Positions 62,440-64,000 of a stretch of DNA of 64,000 nucleotides are shown here, in pieces. Source of the DNA: Candidatus Woesebacteria bacterium GW2011_GWB1_39_10 (GTDB lineage Bacteria > Patescibacteriota > Microgenomatia > UBA8517). The translations under genes were made by a program, and so were the position numbers. Each line of letters opens with the position of its first letter. Within the stretch, counting starts at the first letter, position 1. Where the stretch lies: contig LBVU01000002.1 of assembly GCA_000993205.1 (NCBI GenBank), positions 117,079 to 181,078 on the forward strand. Reading direction: 5' to 3'. The notes under the pieces were generated by a model. It made no database searches, was not told the DNA's origin, and was given only the letters and a program-made list of their open reading frames with translations.

Positions 62440-62847
62440 ATGGCAGAAGAAACAACAAAAGCAAACAAAGCAGTAGAAAAATTAGTTGAAGAAATTGCAA
62501 AACTTAGTGTTTTGGATCTTTCAGAACTAGTTAGCGCACTTCAAGAAAAACTTGGAGTTTCTGCTATGCCAGTAGCAGCAGCCGCGGCACCCGCCGCCGT
62601 CCAAGAGGGCTCTGGCGAGGCAAAGGACGAAGGTGGTCTTAAAACAGTTGTCATGACAAATGCGGGAGGAAACAAAATTGGTGTAATCAAAGCTCTTCGG
62701 GAGATTAACCAAAACTTGACCCTCATGGATGCAAAGGGCATGACAGAAGCGGTTCCTGCAGAAATTCTTAAGGACGCCAAAGCAGAAGATGCTAAAGCGG
62801 CCGAGGAAAAATTGAAAGCGGCAGGTGCCACAGTAGAATTGAAATAA
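62440..62847 (+). CDS. rplL: 50S ribosomal protein L7/L12
   Basis: Ala-rich hinge AAAAPAAV and C-terminal AGATVELK. Confidence 0.93.
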   Translation: MAEETTKANKAVEKLVEEIAKLSVLDLSELVSALQEKLGVSAMPVAAAAAPAAVQEGSGEAKDEGGLKTVVMTNAGGNKIGVIKALREINQNLTLMDAKGMTEAVPAEILKDAKAEDAKAAEEKLKAAGATVELK

Positions 62848-62935
62848 ATTTCAATCTACGTGGTAAACAACAGTCGAGCTTAAATAATCAAATTATTGTT
62901 ACTCAGTAATTCGTTACTTAAGCTGACAACAAATT

Positions 62936-62962
62936 ATCCCGCTTAAAATGCGGGATTTTTTG
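62936..62962 (+). terminator. Rho-independent terminator after rplL (ATCCCGC-ttaaaat-GCGGGAT then T6)
   Basis: Read directly. Confidence 0.7.
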
Positions 62963-63007
62963 TGCCCGAAAAAATACATTACTTCTCAATTATCCTTATC
63001 TGTTAAG

Positions 63008-63035
63008 TGTTCTACTGTTCTAGAACAATAGAACA
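63008..63035. promoter_or_regulatory. 28-bp palindrome TGTTCTACTGTTCTAGAACAATAGAACA directly abutting the stop codon of the TrpR-like gene
   Basis: Identical to 32186-32213. Confidence 0.55.
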
Positions 63036-63536
63036 CTATTTGCGATATAATTCACTATTCATTTCAGCTATTTCTTTATCTATTACCTCTTTTTCCGACA
63101 TTTTCTCAATTAGCTCTTTGGGAGTTTTATCTTGTTTCTCTGCTACAGCATATTGCCCAGTGGCTAACAGTAATTCCGGTAAATGAAATTCAATCGGACC
63201 ATGTGGAATTTTGGTTGGTTTGCCCCATTTTAATGGCAACTTCGCGATCGCCTTCTTAAATCCATTTCCACCTTTTTCCAACCAAATGTTAACTTTATTC
63301 ACAGTTCCCAAACTTGAATGAGTTTCCCGAACGACTTCACGCTGATGTTTGCCAGAGAGCAATAGTTTGGCTATACGAAGCCTTATTGAAAGAATTTTTA
63401 TTTCGTTGGCGGTAAGCAGATCCTCAAGGAAATCCGCTATTTCAGAAGCATTTCTTAAGTCCTTAAATGAGTTTACCAAATCAAACATCAAACTTACCTT
63501 TTCCTCGTTTCCTAATTTTTCCGCTTTCTGTTTCAT
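63036..63536 (-). CDS. TrpR/YerC-YecD-family DNA-binding protein with C-terminal extension
   Basis: FLEDLLTANEIKILSIRLRIAKLLLSGKHQREVVRETHSSLGTVNKVNIWLEKGG matches the Trp-repressor-like family pattern. Confidence 0.7.
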   Translation of the reverse strand: MKQKAEKLGNEEKVSLMFDLVNSFKDLRNASEIADFLEDLLTANEIKILSIRLRIAKLLLSGKHQREVVRETHSSLGTVNKVNIWLEKGGNGFKKAIAKLPLKWGKPTKIPHGPIEFHLPELLLATGQYAVAEKQDKTPKELIEKMSEKEVIDKEIAEMNSELYRK

Positions 63537-63556
63537 TGTTCTAGAACATTAGAACA
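63537..63556. promoter_or_regulatory. Palindrome TGTTCTAGAACA plus TTAGAACA directly abutting the start codon of the TrpR-like gene, putative auto-operator
   Basis: Shares the 12-bp CTAG-core palindrome with 32186-32213 and 63008-63035. Confidence 0.55.
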
Positions 63557-63720
63557 TGTACGGTGAAGGCTTGTCAAGAATGGCAAGACAAACAATAGCT
63601 GAAAGAATTTACTCGATATAAATTCGTGAAATGTTTGGGTGTGAAATAAGGTCGTATTTTCACGAACTGCTGGATAAAGGATTTGTTCGAAAGTGATAGT
63701 TAATACCCTATTTTGGGCAT

Positions 63721-64000
63721 TTATGCCAGGAGGTAATTTATAACTTTTTGTGCCACATTTATCTTAGTTGCAGATTCAAACCCCTCAAATTGACAGGATC
63801 TATTAACCTCCAAAACTATCCAGTTACCTTGGGTGTCCCGCATAAGATCTAAACCACAGTATTCCAATTTAAACAGTTTAACGGTATTCACAGCTACCGA
63901 ACTCGCTTCTGAATCTTCCCCTATTTTATATTCTTCTACCAGTCCGCCCTGAGAAAAATTACTTAGAAAATTCCCTGGTTTAGCAATCCTCTTCATAGCG
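63721..64000 (-). CDS. C-terminal part of a RimK/GshB-like ATP-grasp ligase (gene continues beyond window end)
   Basis: GLDLMRDTQGNWIVLEVNRSCQFEGFESATKINVAQKVINYL matches the ATP-grasp C-terminal subdomain. Confidence 0.6.
   Translation of the reverse strand, partial: AMKRIAKPGNFLSNFSQGGLVEEYKIGEDSEASSVAVNTVKLFKLEYCGLDLMRDTQGNWIVLEVNRSCQFEGFESATKINVAQKVINYLLA

Overview
This 64-kb window is a gene-dense, AT-rich bacterial chromosomal segment dominated by short housekeeping genes. The core genes are rpsF-ssb-rpsR, ychF, pyrG, prs, cysS, dnaX-ybaB-recR, ybeY, proS, rseP, frr-tsf-rpsB, a split formiminotransferase/cyclodeaminase pair, tmk-tdk, topA, dprA, mrdA-mreB, def-fmt, rpmB, a tRNA cluster (Tyr, Thr, Thr, Trp), rpmG, and secE-nusG-rplK-rplA-rplJ-rplL. 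Gene content points to a reduced-genome bacterium, plausibly from the Candidate Phyla Radiation/Patescibacteria. This is an inference from the short proteins, a split ftcD, an L1 with an N-terminal extension, O-antigen-ligase+TPR proteins and the many hypotheticals; I cannot run a database search. Five things stand out. (1) Short 7-11 bp tandem or palindromic oligonucleotide repeats are inserted in-frame and in sense orientation inside essential genes: a GATACTC family encodes S-I-E-Y in ychF, recR and rnhB, and an AAAGTGAAAAG family encodes K-V-K-S-E-K in def, dnaX, rnhB and an O-antigen-ligase gene. Related in-frame repeats occur in pyrG and rseP, and the same families also occur between genes. 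(2) A 45-110 bp element with imperfect terminal inverted repeats (GTCATCCTGAG...CTCCAGAATGACA) is present in five intergenic copies. Two of them bracket an opposite-strand GIY-YIG nuclease gene, and others abut rplK, rplA, rpsB, def and fmt. (3) About 12.8 kb of accessory-looking cargo interrupts the usually contiguous rpmG/tRNA-Trp and secE-nusG-rplKAJL block. It carries an AbiEii-like nucleotidyltransferase, an RHH/RelE pair, a C39-like peptidase next to a D-Ala-D-Ala-ligase-like ATP-grasp enzyme and a cytidylyltransferase, gmd with an O-antigen ligase-like protein, and a dockerin-bearing beta-helix protein followed by a membrane-anchored cohesin-like protein. A second, 1.5 kb opposite-strand insertion of unknown genes sits between rplA and rplJ. 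(4) A TrpR/YerC-like regulator gene is exactly bracketed by CTAG-core palindromes, with a third identical 28-bp palindrome 31 kb away. (5) A 906-aa unknown protein with a possible GlnE/GlnD-like nucleotidyltransferase motif sits directly downstream of recR in the same orientation. No CRISPR array and no rRNA genes were seen.
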